Source: Malacoraja senta
Lineage: Eukaryota
Direction: 5' to 3'
NCBI GenBank assembly: GCA_038087875.1
Contig: CM075990.1
Span: forward strand, 1,428,001-1,492,000
DNA length: 64,000 bases
Under the pieces are notes generated by a model, which worked only from the letters and a program-made list of their open reading frames with translations, did no database searches and was not told the DNA's origin. A program made the translations under genes and the position numbers. Of the stretch, positions 35,464-50,900 are shown one piece after another; position 1 is the stretch's first letter; every line of letters starts with the position of its first letter.

Positions 35464-35518
35464 GTAGAGCATGAGACTCTTAATCTCAGGGTCGTGATCT
35501 CGAGCCCCACGTTGGGCG
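35446..35518 (+). pseudogene. tRNA-Lys-CTT: tRNA-Lys(CTT) with mutated T-arm/B-box (likely pseudogene)
   Basis: Same G52A/G53T/T54C changes as 10212-10284. Confidence 0.85.
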
Positions 35519-38500
35519 ACACTTTATTTAACCATTATCAAATGCAAACATATGTCTACCCAGCGAATAGTTCAGGAATACTCTGCATTTTGGGGATCTA
35601 AGGATTTTATACCTTTCAAACCTATCGGTTACATTTATTGGAGACAATTAACAGCAAGATGTGTTTTATTTATCGTGAAATAAAACGACAATGGTTGAGA
35701 GCGCCCAACCCACCAAACTGATCTCCCGGTGGCTCAGCACTTCTACTCCCCCTCCCATTCCAAATACGACCTTTCTGTCCTGGTCCTCCGCCACAGCCAG
35801 AGTGAGGCCCAGCGCAAATTGGAGGAACAGCACCTCATATTTCGCTTGGGTGTGTTTACACCCCAGCGGTATGAACATTGACTTCTCCAATTTCTGATAG
35901 CCCTTGCTTTCTCCCTCGTTCCCCTCCCCTTCCCAGCTCTCTCACAAGCCAACTGTGGAACTCTCTATTGTGATTAATCAAACCTGGTTAATGGGGTGGT
36001 TTACGAATAAGACTGCAACGCAGTGGAATCCGACACCGAGACCCACCACCGTGACAGCTTCTTCCCAACTCCCACCAGGCTATCAAACTCGACAAAACAC
36101 CAAATAACTGGCTTTCTGACACTAATTTTGGGGATATTAATTCTTTTGTATTGTTATGTGAGTATTGTCTTTTCGGGTTTATTATGCTACTCCAAGCAAG
36201 CATTTTGTTGTGCCATTGAATGTACATATGACAACAGACATTAGACAATGGGTGCAGAGGTAGGCTATACGACCGTTCGAGCCAGCACCGCCATTCAATG
36301 TGCTCATGGCTGATCATCCACAATCAGTACCCCAATTCCTGCCTTTTCTCCATATCCCTTAACTCCGCTCTCCCGAAAAGCTTTATCTAACTCTCACTTG
36401 AAAGCATCCAGAGAACCAACCAGTGAGGCAGATAATTCCGCACACTCACAACTCTCTTTGTGCAAATGTTTTTCCTCATTTTCGTTCGAAATGGCTTACC
36501 ACCTATTCTTAAAATATGGCCCCTGTTTCTGGACTCCTCCAACATTGGGAACATGTTTCCTGTCTCTAGCGTGTCTAACCCATTAACAATCTTATATGTT
36601 TCAATAAGATCTCCTCTCATCCTAAATTCCAGAGTATAAAAGCCAAGCCGCTCGAATTTATCAACATATGACCGTCCCGCCATCCCGGAAATTAACCTTG
36701 TGAAACTACGCTGCACCCCCTCAATAACAAGAATAGACAATAGACAAGAAACAATAGGTGCAGGAGTAGGCCACAAGGCCACTCGAGCCAGCACCGCCAT
36801 TCAATGTGATCAAGTTTGGAGAACAAAACTGCATACAATACGCCAGGTGTGGTCTCACTATGGCCCTGTACAACTGCAGAAGGACCTATTTGTCCGTATA
36901 CTCAACTCCTCTTGTTATGAAAGTCAACATGCCATTCGCTTTCTTCACTGCCTGCTGTACCTGCATGCCTTTCAGTGACCGATGAACGAGGACCCCAGAT
37001 CATGTTGTAACTCCCCTTTTGCCAACTTGACACCATTTATATAATAATCTAACTTCCTGTTTCCGTCATCACAGTGTACAACCTCATATTTATCCACATT
37101 AAACCGCATCTGCCATGCGTCTGCCCACTCACCCAACCTGTCCAACCGCCCTGCATCCTCATACCATCCTCCTCACAGTTCACAATGCCCCCCGGCTTTG
37201 TGACATCTGCAAATTTGCTAATGTAACTTTTAATCCCTTCAACCAAATCATTAATATATATTGTAAACAGCTGCGGTCCCAGCACCCAGCCTTGCGGGAA
37301 CCCACTAGTTACTGCCTGTCATTCTGAACGGGACCCGTTAATTCCTACCATTTGTTTCCTGTCTGCCAACCAAGTTTCTATCCATGTCAGCACCCTACCA
37401 CCAATACCACGTGCTTTAATTTTGCCCAGTATTCTCCTATGTGGGACCTTATCAAATGCTTATGACAATTAAATACTCTTGACTCGACTCTCTGGAAAAG
37501 AATGGAAGGGTACGGACCAAAACGGGTAAATCCAATTGACGTAGAGGGCGTCACCGTCGACATGTATATGGTGGGCCATGAAGTCTCGGTGCCAGTGATC
37601 TTAAGTCTCCGGATACTGACGATTACAAGGCCATTTGCAGGTACAGGATCAATCAAATCAATTATTTCAAATGCATGCGGATCTTTACATTGAAATCAAA
37701 AGAGATTAAAGATAGTCGAATTTATGCAGGCAATACAGGGCAGCTGGTAAATCATACTTGTGGGGGCTGGCGATAGCGCGCTGGGAAGGGATCACCAGAT
37801 GTAGAAGGGGTCCGTGGTGAACATGACAGACAGATATTTGAAAGCCCGGGTGCTGAGCGAGATGACAGCAATTATTGTGTGTGGGATGGAACTGCAGATG
37901 CTGGTTTACACCGGAAACACAAAATGCTGGAGTAACTCAGCGCTCCAGGCAGCATCTCTGAAGAAAATGAATAGGCGACGTTTCGGATCGAGACCGTACT
38001 TCAGATTGAGATTCAGGGATGTGGGTAACTAGAGGTATGAAAAGGTACGGGACAAAGCAGAAATTACGCTGATGTCCAAAGAGCGCACAATGCTCCATTG
38101 TTGGCTGAGGAAGAGGTGAAAACGAAGGGTTAAGAACAGTGAAACTATCAAAACGACTGGGATGTGGCAGGGACCGGGAGAGAGAGGGAATGCAAGGGTT
38201 ACCTGAAATAAGAGACATCAGTTATCATACTTGCTATGTTCTTAGGAATTATTTAGATTTATTTAAGATGTTTCAATATTAGAGCAGGTGTTCCCAACGT
38301 TGTTCGTCCCGTTTACCCCAGCCAATTTTAAAATACTGTTTTTAACATTATTATTTTAATTTCCAGAATCAACAAATTTACCCCCGGGGGTAAATTTACC
38401 CCAGGTTGGGTACTCTCGCTCAAGATCCTTGACCTCCTTGGTTACTTCCCACCAGTGTATCAGGATCAGAGCGGCCTCACGGTTCTCCAAGCCAGGATGT

Positions 38501-38918
38501 CACGATACAGCTCTCTCTGACTTTCAAATATGCACTGCATAAAATGGGAATGGGGGGGGGGGGGGTGGGGGGTGTTAGAGATCACAGGTAGGCAAGTACA
38601 TTAGATTAAGGATGATCGACACAAAAAACTGGAGTAACTCAGCGAGACAGGCAGCATCGCTGGAGAGGGAATGGTAACGTTTCGGGTTGACACCCTTCTT
38701 CAAAGTAGATTAGATTATTTTGGCATTATGTTAGACACTATTGTTGGCCGAATGGGCCTGTTTCTGAGCTCCTGTGCTGTATGTATTATGTTAATTCGGA
38801 ATGTTCAAGAAAGCGATCAATTCAGCAAAACCATATTTGATGCTGCCACCATTTATAAATCAAGATGTGCAAAATACGCCTTGGAATTCCAGTGAAAATT
38901 TAGAACGACGAAAACTTT

Positions 38919-38990
38919 CTCCCCGTCGGGGAATTGAACCCCGGTCTCCCGCGTGACAGGCGGGGATACTAAACACTATACTAACGAGGA
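38919..38990 (-). tRNA. tRNA-Asp-GTC: tRNA-Asp(GTC) with G19T A-box/D-loop substitution
   Basis: Minus strand reads TAGTGTTTAG instead of TAGTGGTTAG; otherwise canonical. Confidence 0.85.
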
Positions 38991-40718
38991 ACCATCATAT
39001 GTTTTGCGTTGTGAAGCAGAATAAGGTTTGTAGGTGGAAGGCGAGGGGGTGAAGGAGAAATGGCTGCGAGTCGAAGAGGAAAGTGGGGGAAAGTGTTGTT
39101 TGTGGGTTAGTTACATAAGGTTGCAGAATTTCATGTTAATAGCCTTAGATTTTCTTTGACCAAAATCCTGCAACTTTCAGACATTCACTTCTCACTGTTT
39201 GACATGTGCTCTCGGCTTCTTCCGCGATCCGGTTACTTATTCAAGTACATGCTCGTGTTGAATTATTTAATAAAGGGGCGCTTTCATTTTCTAAACGCAT
39301 GTAACCGGAATTGCGAGTCGTATTCTGTATTTGCTGTCACAAGCAGCAGCGGGACTGTGTTCGAGTCACAGAGTCACACTGCACTGAAGACGGTTCCGTT
39401 CCTAACTCGCCGATGGAATAGCGTCTCCTGCCTTCTGTCTGGTTTACACCGAGTGCCGAAGATGGACACAAAAAGCTGGAATAACTCAGCGGCACAGGCA
39501 GCATCTCTGGAGAGAAGAAATGGGTGACTGAATGGGGAAGCCTGAAGAAGGGTCTCGACCCGAAACGTCACCCATTCCTTCTCTCCAGAGATACTGCCTA
39601 ATTATACTCCTATCCCTTATGAACAGAACGCAGCTGCATCAAGTCAAGTCAAGTTGTATTCGTCAAGTCAAGCTTTATTCGTCACTTGCACATAAAATGC
39701 AAGCGAAATGAATTTGCCAGCAGCGGTACAATAAAAAAGAACACACAATACACAATAAAAAATTAACACATTCATCACTGTGGTGAAAGGCACAAAAATT
39801 GGCCAGTCCTCCACCACTTTCCCCCGTGGTCGGGACTTCAACCCTCCGCAGTCGCCGCTGCGGGCGTCCAGATGTTCAGACAAGATAAATCCACGTAGGT
39901 GCCTCCCCACCGGAGACCGCGGCTTCAAGTGGGTGTAAGCCGCAGGCCGGCGGTCCAAGATCTAAAGTCCTCGCCGCGCCGCAGGAAGAAGCACCGCAGA
40001 CCGCAGGCCCGGCGGTCCGAGCTCGTCTCCATGGATCCCAGGCGAGGGGCCCCGCTTCGGATGGTAAGTCCCCGCCGCGCCCGCGGTAGAAGTAGGCCGC
40101 GGGTCGGCCGTCGGAGCTCTTCTCCTCCCGTGTCCCCAACGAGGGATCCCAAGCTCCGGACGCCGCGCCACCTGGAGCTCCGCAGACGGCGGCTTCAGGC
40201 TGCCGCGGGCCAGCGAACGGAGCGCTCCCCTCCGGCGACCCCCAGCGAGGGCTCGCCCGCTCCGCGACGAAAGCGACCTCGCTGCGCCCGCTGCTAAAGC
40301 CCCCGGCACGTCTCCGGGAAAGGCCGCACCGATCTTCGATGTTAGGCCACGGGGGAGGAGACATGGAAAAAGTCGCCTCCCCGTGGAGGAGGCGACCGAA
40401 AAGGTTTCCCCCTTAACCCCCCACAACACCCCCCCCCCCCCCACACACACACAAGACACACAGAGAGACATTAAAACACACATTAAGATACACGGACTAG
40501 TGGATATTATGCAGCAGAGATTATTATGAATTAATTGGTCAACCGCCGAGCACAACGGGGACCATGGTGTCACCCACGGATTCTCCAATAAAACTCATAA
40601 AATGATGCAATGAAACGAAGCCTTTTGTTGAAATAGGAATTTCCCCGAATGAAACGAAATATACGTTGTACACGCGTGTGAACGGACGGTATTTTCTCAA
40701 AAGTATCCATTGATAGAA

Positions 40719-40790
40719 TAGCAGAGGATGGTTTCGATCCATCGACCTCTGGGTTATGGGCCCAGCACGCTTCCGCTGCGCCACTCTGCT
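40719..40790 (-). tRNA. tRNA-iMet-CAT: Initiator tRNA-Met(CAT), intact
   Basis: Reverse complement AGCAGAGTGGCGCAGCGGAAGCGTGCTGGGCCCATAACCCAGAGGTCGATGGATCGAAACCATCCTCTGCTA (A1-U72, three G-C anticodon-stem pairs, A54); TTTT ~16 nt downstream. Confidence 0.98.
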
Positions 40791-42819
40791 CTCACAGAAA
40801 CATTCTTAGCGTGTGTGCTCCTTTCTGCTAATCTCTTACCTTACACCGTTTGCAGGCTGTACTTTCTTTTCTCGCGTACCCACTTCTATCTTCCATTTTT
40901 TCTCCATCTTACTTTCTTTATTTCTTACTCTCTACCCCATCCGGTTGTTATGAATGTGCTGTCTGTCCCGGTCGGATACATTGTTCCAGAGGATTTCGCA
41001 ATGAATAAATTATTTAAATTACCCAATTCCAGCAGCCCTGTTGCTGAATATTCCGATTATTTTGCTCTGTGTCTCTCCCACATTCATTCGGGCCGATCTT
41101 CCGATCACACTTCAATATAAAAACAGCGAGCACCGACTGAGCTGCAGCCGAGGATTCACCCACACCCGGCTGTTTATTTTGTCCAATCCCCAGATCCCCA
41201 GATCTCATTAATTTCCCAACCCGTCAATGCGATCAACTGAATATCAGATTCCTTCAGAGTTGAAGGGCCAGCAGATCACGTTGACTCTTTGCGGAACTTA
41301 TCTGGTGCCTTCACAAGTTCACTTCAAGTGCAACACATCCGTCTACCGGGTTTCACACTTGGCGACCCAACGGCTGCTGTAAACTCCGGAGCAACAAGGC
41401 GGGAGCAGGCAGTGACAATGTGCAGCAGCGGAGTACCGCAGGACCCAGGAAATCTGCCAGCTAAAGAGTGACGGCGATCAGCAAGACTGTTTTCCCAGAT
41501 AAGACTCGCCCGTTGCACCCCCGGAGATAGACACAAAATGAATTGAATTGAATGAATGTTATTAGCCAAGTATGTATACATACAAGGAATTCGCCTTGTT
41601 GCTTTGTACGCAAGTAACAACACGATATACAGTAGACAATTAAAAATAAAATGCTGGAGTAACTCAGCAGGACAGGCAGCATCTCTGGAGTGAAGGAATG
41701 GGTGACGTTTCGGGTCGAGACTCTTGTTCAGATTGATGCCAGGGAAGGGAGATAGGCACAAAAAAGTGGAGTAACTCAGCGGCACAGGCAGCATCTCTGG
41801 AGGGAAGCAATGAATGACGGATACAGTAGTTGACGTATGAGGGGTCCTTGGACGGAGTCGAGGTGGGGGCGGGTGGGGGCGGGTGGGGGCATTGGGACAG
41901 GTGTTGCATCTCCTGCTGATGCAGGGGAAAGTAACTGGGAAGGGGGAGGTTTCAGTGTGAAGAAGGTTGTGAGTTGAGTTGAGTTGAGAAAGAGTGAGTT
42001 GAAGAAATGGGTGGAGATGGGGCCGGGGAGTTGCGCAGTGAACGGGCTCTGCGGAAAGCGGAAAGGGCTGGAAATGGTTCTTTAGACTGCAAATCGGTGG
42101 GGAGGAGGGGACGTGTCCCATACTCGGGTGGGTGAGATTTCCTTATTCAAGGAACGTGGGTTTTCCTCTTCTCTCATAGAGGAGAGCCTCGCACCTCAGT
42201 GTCCCGTAGTTCTGCTCTTGCTTTCTTTTCGCCCAGTCGCCACAAAGACAGTTCCCCTGATCCTCACTTTTCACCCCACCAGACTCCAGCCAACACATTA
42301 TCTTCCGATATTCCCGTCACCTCCTGAGGGATGCGACCACTAATCACATCTTCATCTCCACCCCTTTCCGCCTTCCCCAGGCACCGCTCCCTCCAGAATT
42401 CACTCATCTATTCCCACCCACCTCAACGTAGATGGGAAGAACCGGGTGGTCTTACCTTCAGCGCCCTCGAGGTCGGCTGCGGGATGTGCCCCTCGGGGGA
42501 ACTATGGCTGAAGAGGGCAGGTGTGGAGAGGGATACCGGATTACAGGACATCCGGAATGGAGGTGAGGGCTGCAACGGGCCTGTGTCACCAGCTACAGCT
42601 GCGACTGTAAAATGGCGCCAAGATGGCACCTCATGCTTATGGACTCAGTGGGGTGTTCAGTTTAGACAGTACTGACTAGGGTGATTATGCATATGGACGG
42701 GGATAGTCTTGCTGAGCTGTATGAAATAATCCGTTGAACCATCCCCTCCCTAGGTACATTCCCAGCAACCGTAGTAGATGCAACACGTGTCTCTATACCT
42801 CCTCTCTTGACACCACCAA

Positions 42820-44994
42820 GGGCCCCTTGGGTAAGAGTGACCATAATATGGTTGAGTTCTTCATTAGGATGGAGTGTGACATAATTAATTCAGAAACAAG
42901 GGTTCTGAACTTAAAGAAAGGTAACTTTGAGGGTATGAGACGTGAATTGGCCAAGATAGACTGGCAATTGACTTTTAAAGGGTTGTCGGTGGATATGCAA
43001 TGGAAGGCATTTAAAGGCTGCATGGATGAACTACAACAATTGCAAAAGAACAAATCAGGGAAGGTAGTGCATTCGTGGATAACAAGGGAAATCATGGATA
43101 GTATCAAAACAAAAGATGAAGAATACAAATTAGCCAGAAAAAGCAGCCTACCAGAGGACTGGGAGAAATTCCGAGTCCGGCAGAGGAGGACAAAGGATTT
43201 AATAGGAAAGGGAAAATAGATTATGAAAGAAAACTGGCAGGGAACATAAAAACTGACTGCAAACGTTTTTATAGATATGTAAAGAGAAAAAAGATTAGTT
43301 AAAACAAATGTCGGTCCCTTGCAGTCAGAAACAGGTGAAATGATCATGGGGAAGAAGGACATGGCAGACCAATTGAATCACTGAGGAAGACTTAATTAAT
43401 CTGCCGGAAATAGCAGGGGACCGGAGGTCAAATGAGATGGAGGAACTGAGTGAAATCCAGGTTAGCCGGGAAGTGGTGTTAGGTAAATTGAATGGATTAA
43501 AGGCCGATAAATCCCCAGGGCCAGATAGGCTGCATCCCAGAGTACTTAAGGAAGTAGCCCCAGAAATAGTGAATGCATTAGTGATAATTTTTCAAAACTC
43601 TTTAGATTCTGGACTAGTTCCTGAGGATTGGAGGGTAGCTAATGAAACCCCACTTGGGGAAACTACTAGAGTCAGTTATTAAAGATGGGATAGCAGCACA
43701 TTTGGAAAATGGTGAAATCATTGGACAAAGTCAGCATGGATTTATGAAAGGTAAATCATGTCTGACGAATCTTATAGAATTTTTCGAGGATGTAACTAGT
43801 AGAGTGGATAAGGGAGAACCAGTGCATGTGTTATATCTGGACTTTCAGATGGCTTTCGACAAGGTCCCACATAACAGATTAATATACCAACTTAAAGCAC
43901 ACGGTATTGGGGGTTCAGTATTGATGTGGATAGAGAATTGGCGGGCAGACAGGAAGCAAAGAGTAGGAGTAAACCGGTCCTTTTCAGAATGGCAGACAGT
44001 ACCGCAAGGCTCAGTGCTGGGACCTCAGCTATTTACCATATATATTAATGATTTGGACGAGGGAATTGAATGCAACATCTCCAAGTTTGCGGATGACACG
44101 AAGCTGGGGGGCAGTGTTAGCTGTGAGGAGGGTGCTAGGAGGCTGCAAGATGACGGATAGGCTGGGTGAGTGGGCAAATGCATGGCAGATGCAGTATAGT
44201 GTGGATAAATGTGAGGTTATTCACTTTGGTGGCACAACTGGAAAGTAGACCATTACCTGAATGGTGGCCGATTAGGAAAAGGGGAGATGCAACGAGACCT
44301 GGGTGTCATGGTACACCAGTCATTGAAAGTAGGCATGCAGGTGCAGCAGGCAGTGAAGAAAGCGACTGGTATGTTAGCATTCATAGCAAATGGATTTGAG
44401 TATAGGGTCTTGTACAGGGTCTTGGTGAGACCACACCTGGAGTATTGCGTACAGTTTTGGTCTCCTAATCTGAGGAAGGACATTCTTGCCATAGAGGGAG
44501 TACAGAGAAGGTTCACCAGACTGATTCCTGGGATGTCAGGACTTTCATATGAAGAAAGACTGGATAGACTCGGCTTGTACTCGCTGGAATTTAGAAGATT
44601 GAGGCGGGATTTTATAGAAACTTACAAAATTCTTAAGGGTTCGACAGGCTAGATGCAGGAAGATTGTTCCCGATGTTGGGGAAGTCCAGAACAAGGGGTC
44701 ACAGTTTAAGGATAAAGGGGAAATCTTTTAGTACTGAGATGAGAAAAACATTTTTTACACAGAGAGTGGTGAATCGCTGGAATTCTCTGGCACAGAATGT
44801 AGTTGAGGCCAGTTCATTGGCTATATTTAAGAGGGAGTTAGATGTGGCCCTTGTGGCTAAAGGGCTCAGGGGGTATGGAGAGAAGGCAGGTACAGGATAC
44901 TGAGTTGGATGATCAGCCATGATCATATTGAATGGCGGTACAAGCTCGAAGGGCCGAATGGCCTACTCCTGCACCTATTTTCTATGTTTCTATG
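42820..44994 (+). mobile_element. Degraded CR1 LINE ORF2 with 3' tail (paralog of 22360-24438)
   Basis: Same CR1 RT motifs, with frameshifts. Confidence 0.9.
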
Positions 44995-47900
44995 ACCCCA
45001 GGCATAGGCGGAAATTGCTTTTAATACATGGGGAGGGACACATTGAAGCCTGACATCAAGGAAAGAGGTCGGCAACCTACGGCCCACGGACCGGATCCGG
45101 CCCGCAACCCAAAATCATCCGGCCCGCAGACGTATTTTTTTTTCAATTCGTTTTCGCGTCCTGGGAACTGCAGTCAGTCCCAGGGCACGCAGGCGACCTG
45201 GGCGCTACAGCCAGACCTGCCAGCCGACATGGGCGCTACAAGCATTCCCGAGGCAGGCGAGCCCCTCTGGGCGCAACAACCATTCCCGGGCAGGCGAGCT
45301 GACCTGGGCGCAACAGCCAGTCCCACGCACGCAGGCGACCTGGGCGCTAAACCCAGACAAAGGCCAAGCGAGCTGACCTGCGTGCTTCAACTAGGCATGC
45401 CATTCGACCTACAGCTTGTCGCGGGGCGGGCGAGCCCACCAGGACGCTACAGCCATTCGCGGGGCAAGCGAGCCGACCTGGGACTGGTTGTTGCATCCAG
45501 GGCACAAAACATGGGGAGGGGGGAGGGTTTGTCCCCCAGCTCTCAAACAGGTGCCCCCCCGTCCCCCGTCCACCCCAGGATTAACTGGAAGATGTGTTTT
45601 CTTTATCGTGAAATAAAACGACAAAGGCTGAGAGCGCTGAACTCCGTGACAGCTCTGTGGTTGGTGTTTCAAGTATTGTTTTCAGGAGATCCTCCAGGTG
45701 AGACAAAGGTTCACATGTACCTCCTCGAACCAGATTAACTGCATTCGCTGTTCCTAATGTGGCTCATTTACATCGGTGAGACCAAACGTAGAATCATAGA
45801 AAAACATAGAAACATAGAAAAACAGGTGCAGGAACAGGCCATTCGGCCCATCGAGCCAGTACCGTCATTCTATCTGATCATGACTGATCATCTAAAATCA
45901 GTATCCCGTTCCTGCTTCCCCCCCCCATATCCCTTGATTCCTTTAGCCCAAAGAGCTAAATCTAACTTTGTCTTGGAAAAAATCAAGTGAATTGGCTCCC
46001 ACTGCCTACTGTGGCAAAGAATTCCACAGGTTCACAACTCTCTGGGTGAAAACGTTTTTCCTCATCTCAGTTCAAAATGGCCTACCCCTTATTCTTAAAC
46101 TGTGACCCCTGGTTCTGGAGTCCCTCAGCATCGGGTAGATTTTTCCTGCATCAACTAGATAAATTAATAATGTGCGGAGTCCACTGTTGTGCTTCAATAA
46201 ATGTCACCGCGACGGACGTTCAGGTGCAAAGTTAGGAATGACTTCGACAAGGAATGGGTAGATGATATATCAGAGCTGTTGTAAGGCAACTGGTCCGTCC
46301 TCTCACCAGCTCTAGAGCGGTCCTGACCTTCCATCTACCTCATTTGAGACCTTCGAACTATCTTTAATCGGACTTTACTGGACGTTATCTACATTAAGTT
46401 TAACCATTATGTTATACGTTTAAGTCTGAAGAAGGGTCACGACCCGAAACGTCACCCATTCCTTCTCTCCAGAGATGCTGCCTGTCCTGCTGAGTTACTG
46501 TAGCATTCTGTGTCTCTCTTCGGTTCAAACCAGCATCTGCATTCCCTTCCTGCACGTTACCTTTATCTGCAAACTGCAAACAGCTTGATTACAATCATGT
46601 AAATTCCTTTCTCATACACTATTCCATTGTATCTCGCTGCACGATGTAATGGTAAATTAATGTTAGCTAAATTAAACTGATATATCATGGCCGTCCGAAG
46701 AGGGGGGGGGTGCGTTGGGTGCGGTCGCATCCCACCTTTTTTTCACAGAATAAGAAATATTCGCGAGGAAATAAATGGAGCGCAATCAGCGTTTACCCGT
46801 TGGGGGAAGTTGGGGGAAGCCGGGGACGCACTGGGGACGTAACATGACGCTGTCTCTCCGCGCGTGCGCAGTGGGTCCGGGCGGGATCAGGTCAGATAAT
46901 TTTTCACTCCACACCAATGATACTAGAGCACCCTTTGCTCCACACAATCAGAGATCTCCTCGATGCCTCGTGTCTACTCAGGGTAAGTAGTGCAATGTTG
47001 CGTTGCGGGTGGGGGAGTCTTTTTCATATCCTGGGTGGCAAACTCCGTTTCTCCGACCGGGGGGGGCGCTGCGGTGTCTGCCCATCGCCTGGCGTCCAGG
47101 GAGCGGGTCCGCTGCCGGCGACCGGCGGGAGTTCCGGGGAGACCGTTCTCCCGTTGCCGGGCGGGATCCGGAACGACTGAATCTGAACCTGTCGGGCCCT
47201 CGCCTCCCCCGCCGCCCCACCCACCCCCCCGCGCTGGGCCCACGCCACCTTTTCCCCGCCCACGCCACCCCCCACTACCACCGGGCCCACGCCTTCCTTC
47301 CCCACCCCCGCAGCGGACCCGCGCCCCCGCGGACACTCGCCCACCCCGCGGACCCTCGCCTCTTGCCTCTCGCCCCCCCCCCCCCGCAGCGGTCCCTCGC
47401 ATCTCGCCCCCCCCCCCCTCAGTGGACCCTCGCATCCTCCCCCAACGCTGCGTGGGAAGGAGGAAGGTGAAAGAGGGGGGAATGTGAGACAGGGAGGGAT
47501 GAGCGGGGGATAGAGAGGGGAAGGAGGGGAGGGGAGAGAGAGAGATGGGGAGGGAGAGAGAGGTGGAGGGCAGAGGGAAACGGGGATTATCTTTAGTGAC
47601 ATTGGAAAATTAAGGTAGGTTTTAGAGCTATTATATTTGCTCCTCTATATGAATAATATTAAACAATATCAAATAATATCAAACATTTGGAACTCCTTTC
47701 TTTTCCTTGATAACAATACTGAAAAATATGAATTCCATAGTTTGTTACATAAATACACATTTTAATGGGAGCATTATATATAGATGTAACATTTCCATTT
47801 CGAGATCAAGGGGGTGGGGGCAAATATGCGTCAAGCCGATGGCCTAATCGTTAAAGAGTTAAAAGATAGCCTAATCGATAAAGAGCTGAGAACAGGAACC

Positions 47901-50900
47901 AGAGCTCCCAAGGAAAGTTACTCTGAGAAGTTGAGGAGTAAATTCTCAGTTAGTGACTCTTCTTCAGTTTGGAAGGGCATGCAAGAAATTACCAACTACA
48001 AGAGGAAAGCCCCCGCTCTTTGAACAATCGTCAGCTGAGCCACGACCTGAATGAGCTTTACTGCAGGTTTGAAAATCAGAAACGTAACTCTGCTAACCCC
48101 TCCCCAACAAACACAGCACGACCCGTCTGCAAATGATGGACCCTGCTCCCTCTCCTTCCCATTCACCACTTCACACCTACGTAAGGCAAGACTCCAGTAT
48201 GAAAAGAGTGGACCCTTTGCCACACCAACCAATACTTCACACCCACTCACAGCCTGACCTCATTCTACAAAGACTGGGCCCTTCTACACCCACCCCACTC
48301 CAATCACCACTTCACATCCAATTACTCATTTAACTAGTCCCTGCAAACATGTACTGTCCCTGTCTGCTTCAAAGTCTCCACTATTGTCCCTGTACACAAA
48401 GAGGCAAGGATTACTTGTCTTAATGACTACAGGCCTGACTCACTGACCTCTGTAGTCATGAGGACCCTTGAAAAGGCTTGTGCTGGCCAAGCTGAAAAAT
48501 ATCACAATCCCCCAGTTTGCATATTGGGCCAATAGATTTGTGGATGACGCAGTCAATCTGGGCCTGCACTTCATTGTCCAGCACTTAGACCGCCAGGGGA
48601 CCTATGCGAGGATTTTGTTTGTTGATTTTAGCTCTGCATTCAACACCATTTGTGCCAGAGCTACTACGCTCCAAACTTTCCGAGTTTAGTGTGTCTGAAC
48701 CCCTCTGTCGGTCGACCACCAGCTTCCTGACAGACAGGAAGCAGCATGTGAGGCTTGGAAAGCACATCTCGGACCCGCACACGCTCAGCGCAGGAGCACC
48801 GCATGGCTGCGTACTCAACCCTCTCCTCTACTCTCGCTACACCAATGACTGCACCTCCACAGACACCTCTGTCAAGCTTCTCAAGTTTGCAAACGACACA
48901 ACCCTGATTGGACTGATCCAGGATGGGGATCTCTGTACTCTTTCCAGTTTGACATCTTTCCTACAACACGGTGCCCAGTACTGAACACAATATTCTAAAT
49001 GCGGTCTCACCAACATCTTATACAATTGCAACATGACCTCCCGACTTCTATACTCAATATTCTGACCGATGAAGGTCAAAGTTCCAAAATATTTTTGACC
49101 ACCTGATGTACCTGCGACTCGACCTTCAAGGAACCATCAACCATTCCTCTGCTCACCTGGCTAAATGATCCAGATCCTGCTGCAATCTTTCACAACCATC
49201 TTCACTATCTGCAAAACCACTCACTTCCGTATCATCAGCAAACTTGCTAATCTGGCACTGTTCTATGACGTTTCACAGAGTGCTGGAGTAACTCAGCGGG
49301 CCAGGCGGAGTATAGAAGTTGGGAGGTCATGTTGCAGTTGCATAAGAAGTTGGTGAGGCAGTATTCAGAGCGTTGTATTCAGTTCTGGGCACCATGTTAT
49401 GGGAAAGATGTCATCAAACTGGAAAGGGTACAGTGAAGATTTACGAGGATGTTGCCAGGACTAGAGGGCCAGAGCTATAGGGAGAGGTTGAGTAGGCAGG
49501 GACTCTATTTCATGGAGCACAGGAGGATGAGGGATGATCTAATAGAGGTGTATAAAATCATGATTTGATTAGATATGGTTGAGTAGGTGAATCGAGGAGC
49601 AGAGGACATACGTTTAAGGTGAAGGGGAAAAGATTTAATAGGAAACTGAGGGGTATATTTTTCACACAAAGAGTGGTAGGTGTATGGAACAAGCTGTCAG
49701 AGGAGGTAGTTGAGGCAGGGAGTTAGACAGGTACATGGATAGGACAGGTTTGGAGGGATATGGATCAAACGTGGGCAGATGGGACTAGTGTAGATGGGAC
49801 ATGGTGGGCCGAAGGGCCTGTTTCCACACTGTATCACTCTATGACTATCTATCTTTCCCTCTGAAACCCATTATATTGCCTTCTCCCCATTACCTCTGGC
49901 ACCCGTATCAATCAAGAATCTATCAATCTCCTCCTGAAAAATGTCCATTGACTTGGCCTCTACAGCCGTCTGTGGCAATGAATTCCACAGTTCACCACCC
50001 TCTGACTTAAGAAATTCCTGCTCATCTCCTTCCTAAAGGAATGTCTTTTAATTCTGAGGCTGTGGCCACTGGTCCTAGACTCTCCCACTAGTGGAAACAT
50101 CCTCTCCACATCCACTCCATCCACGTTTTTACCAGGCTGGGACAGACTGCAACAGCTTCACACCATGTCCCAAGGCTTGTGTCCTGTAACTGCATCACCC
50201 AAGGCAGGAGAGACGTTATAGGGGAGGGCAAGCACCGTCACAAATTAGCTCATGATGGTTTGGGTAACATTCAGGAATGTCTATGCATGTCACATCATGC
50301 CTATTACTGAAGAATGGTCTTGACCCGAAATATAATCTATCGTGTGGGAAAATGAACCCCACGCTCCCGTCTCCCCCTTCTCTCTCCCCTCTTCTCTATC
50401 TCCCTCCCCCTCACTCTCTCTCTCTCCCTTCTCTCTAACCTCTTCTCTATCTCCTCTTCTCTCTCTCCTCTGCTCTCTCTCCTCCTCTCTCTCCCTTCTC
50501 TCTCCCTTCTCTCTCTCTCCTCCGTCTCTACCCTCTTCTCTCTCTCCTCTTCTCTCTCTCCTCTTCTCTCTCTCCTCCTCTCTCTCCCTTCTCTCTCCCT
50601 TGTCTCTCTCTCCTCCGTCTCCACGCGCGGGAGCGTCCCACAGTCACTGACCGCGGTCGGAGGGAGGGGGGGGGGGAAATCACCCTGGTGTGGGGGTTGG
50701 GGTCCGATGGCGGTGCATCGCGGTCAGTGACTGTGGGACGCTCCCGCGGGTGGAGACGGAGGAGAGAGAGAAGAGCGGGGGGAGAGAAGGGGGAGAGAGA
50801 GAGAAAGGAGAGTGGGGGGAGAGGAGGGGAAGAGAGAGGAGGAGAGAGAGTAGAGTGGAGAGAGAGAAGAGGGCAGAGAGAAGGGAGAGAGAGAGAGGGG

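Larger units (their letters stand above)
26049..46642. repeat. Tandem macro-repeat unit 2 (20,594 bp)
   Basis: Collinear with unit 1 over its whole length; the ORF track repeats in the same order. Confidence 0.95.

Noticed and set aside
1..46642. Units 1 and 2 as a pure assembly duplication
   Set aside because: They differ by many substitutions and several TSD-bounded insertions, and a third, more diverged copy follows. Haplotype mis-joining is not fully excluded without reads.
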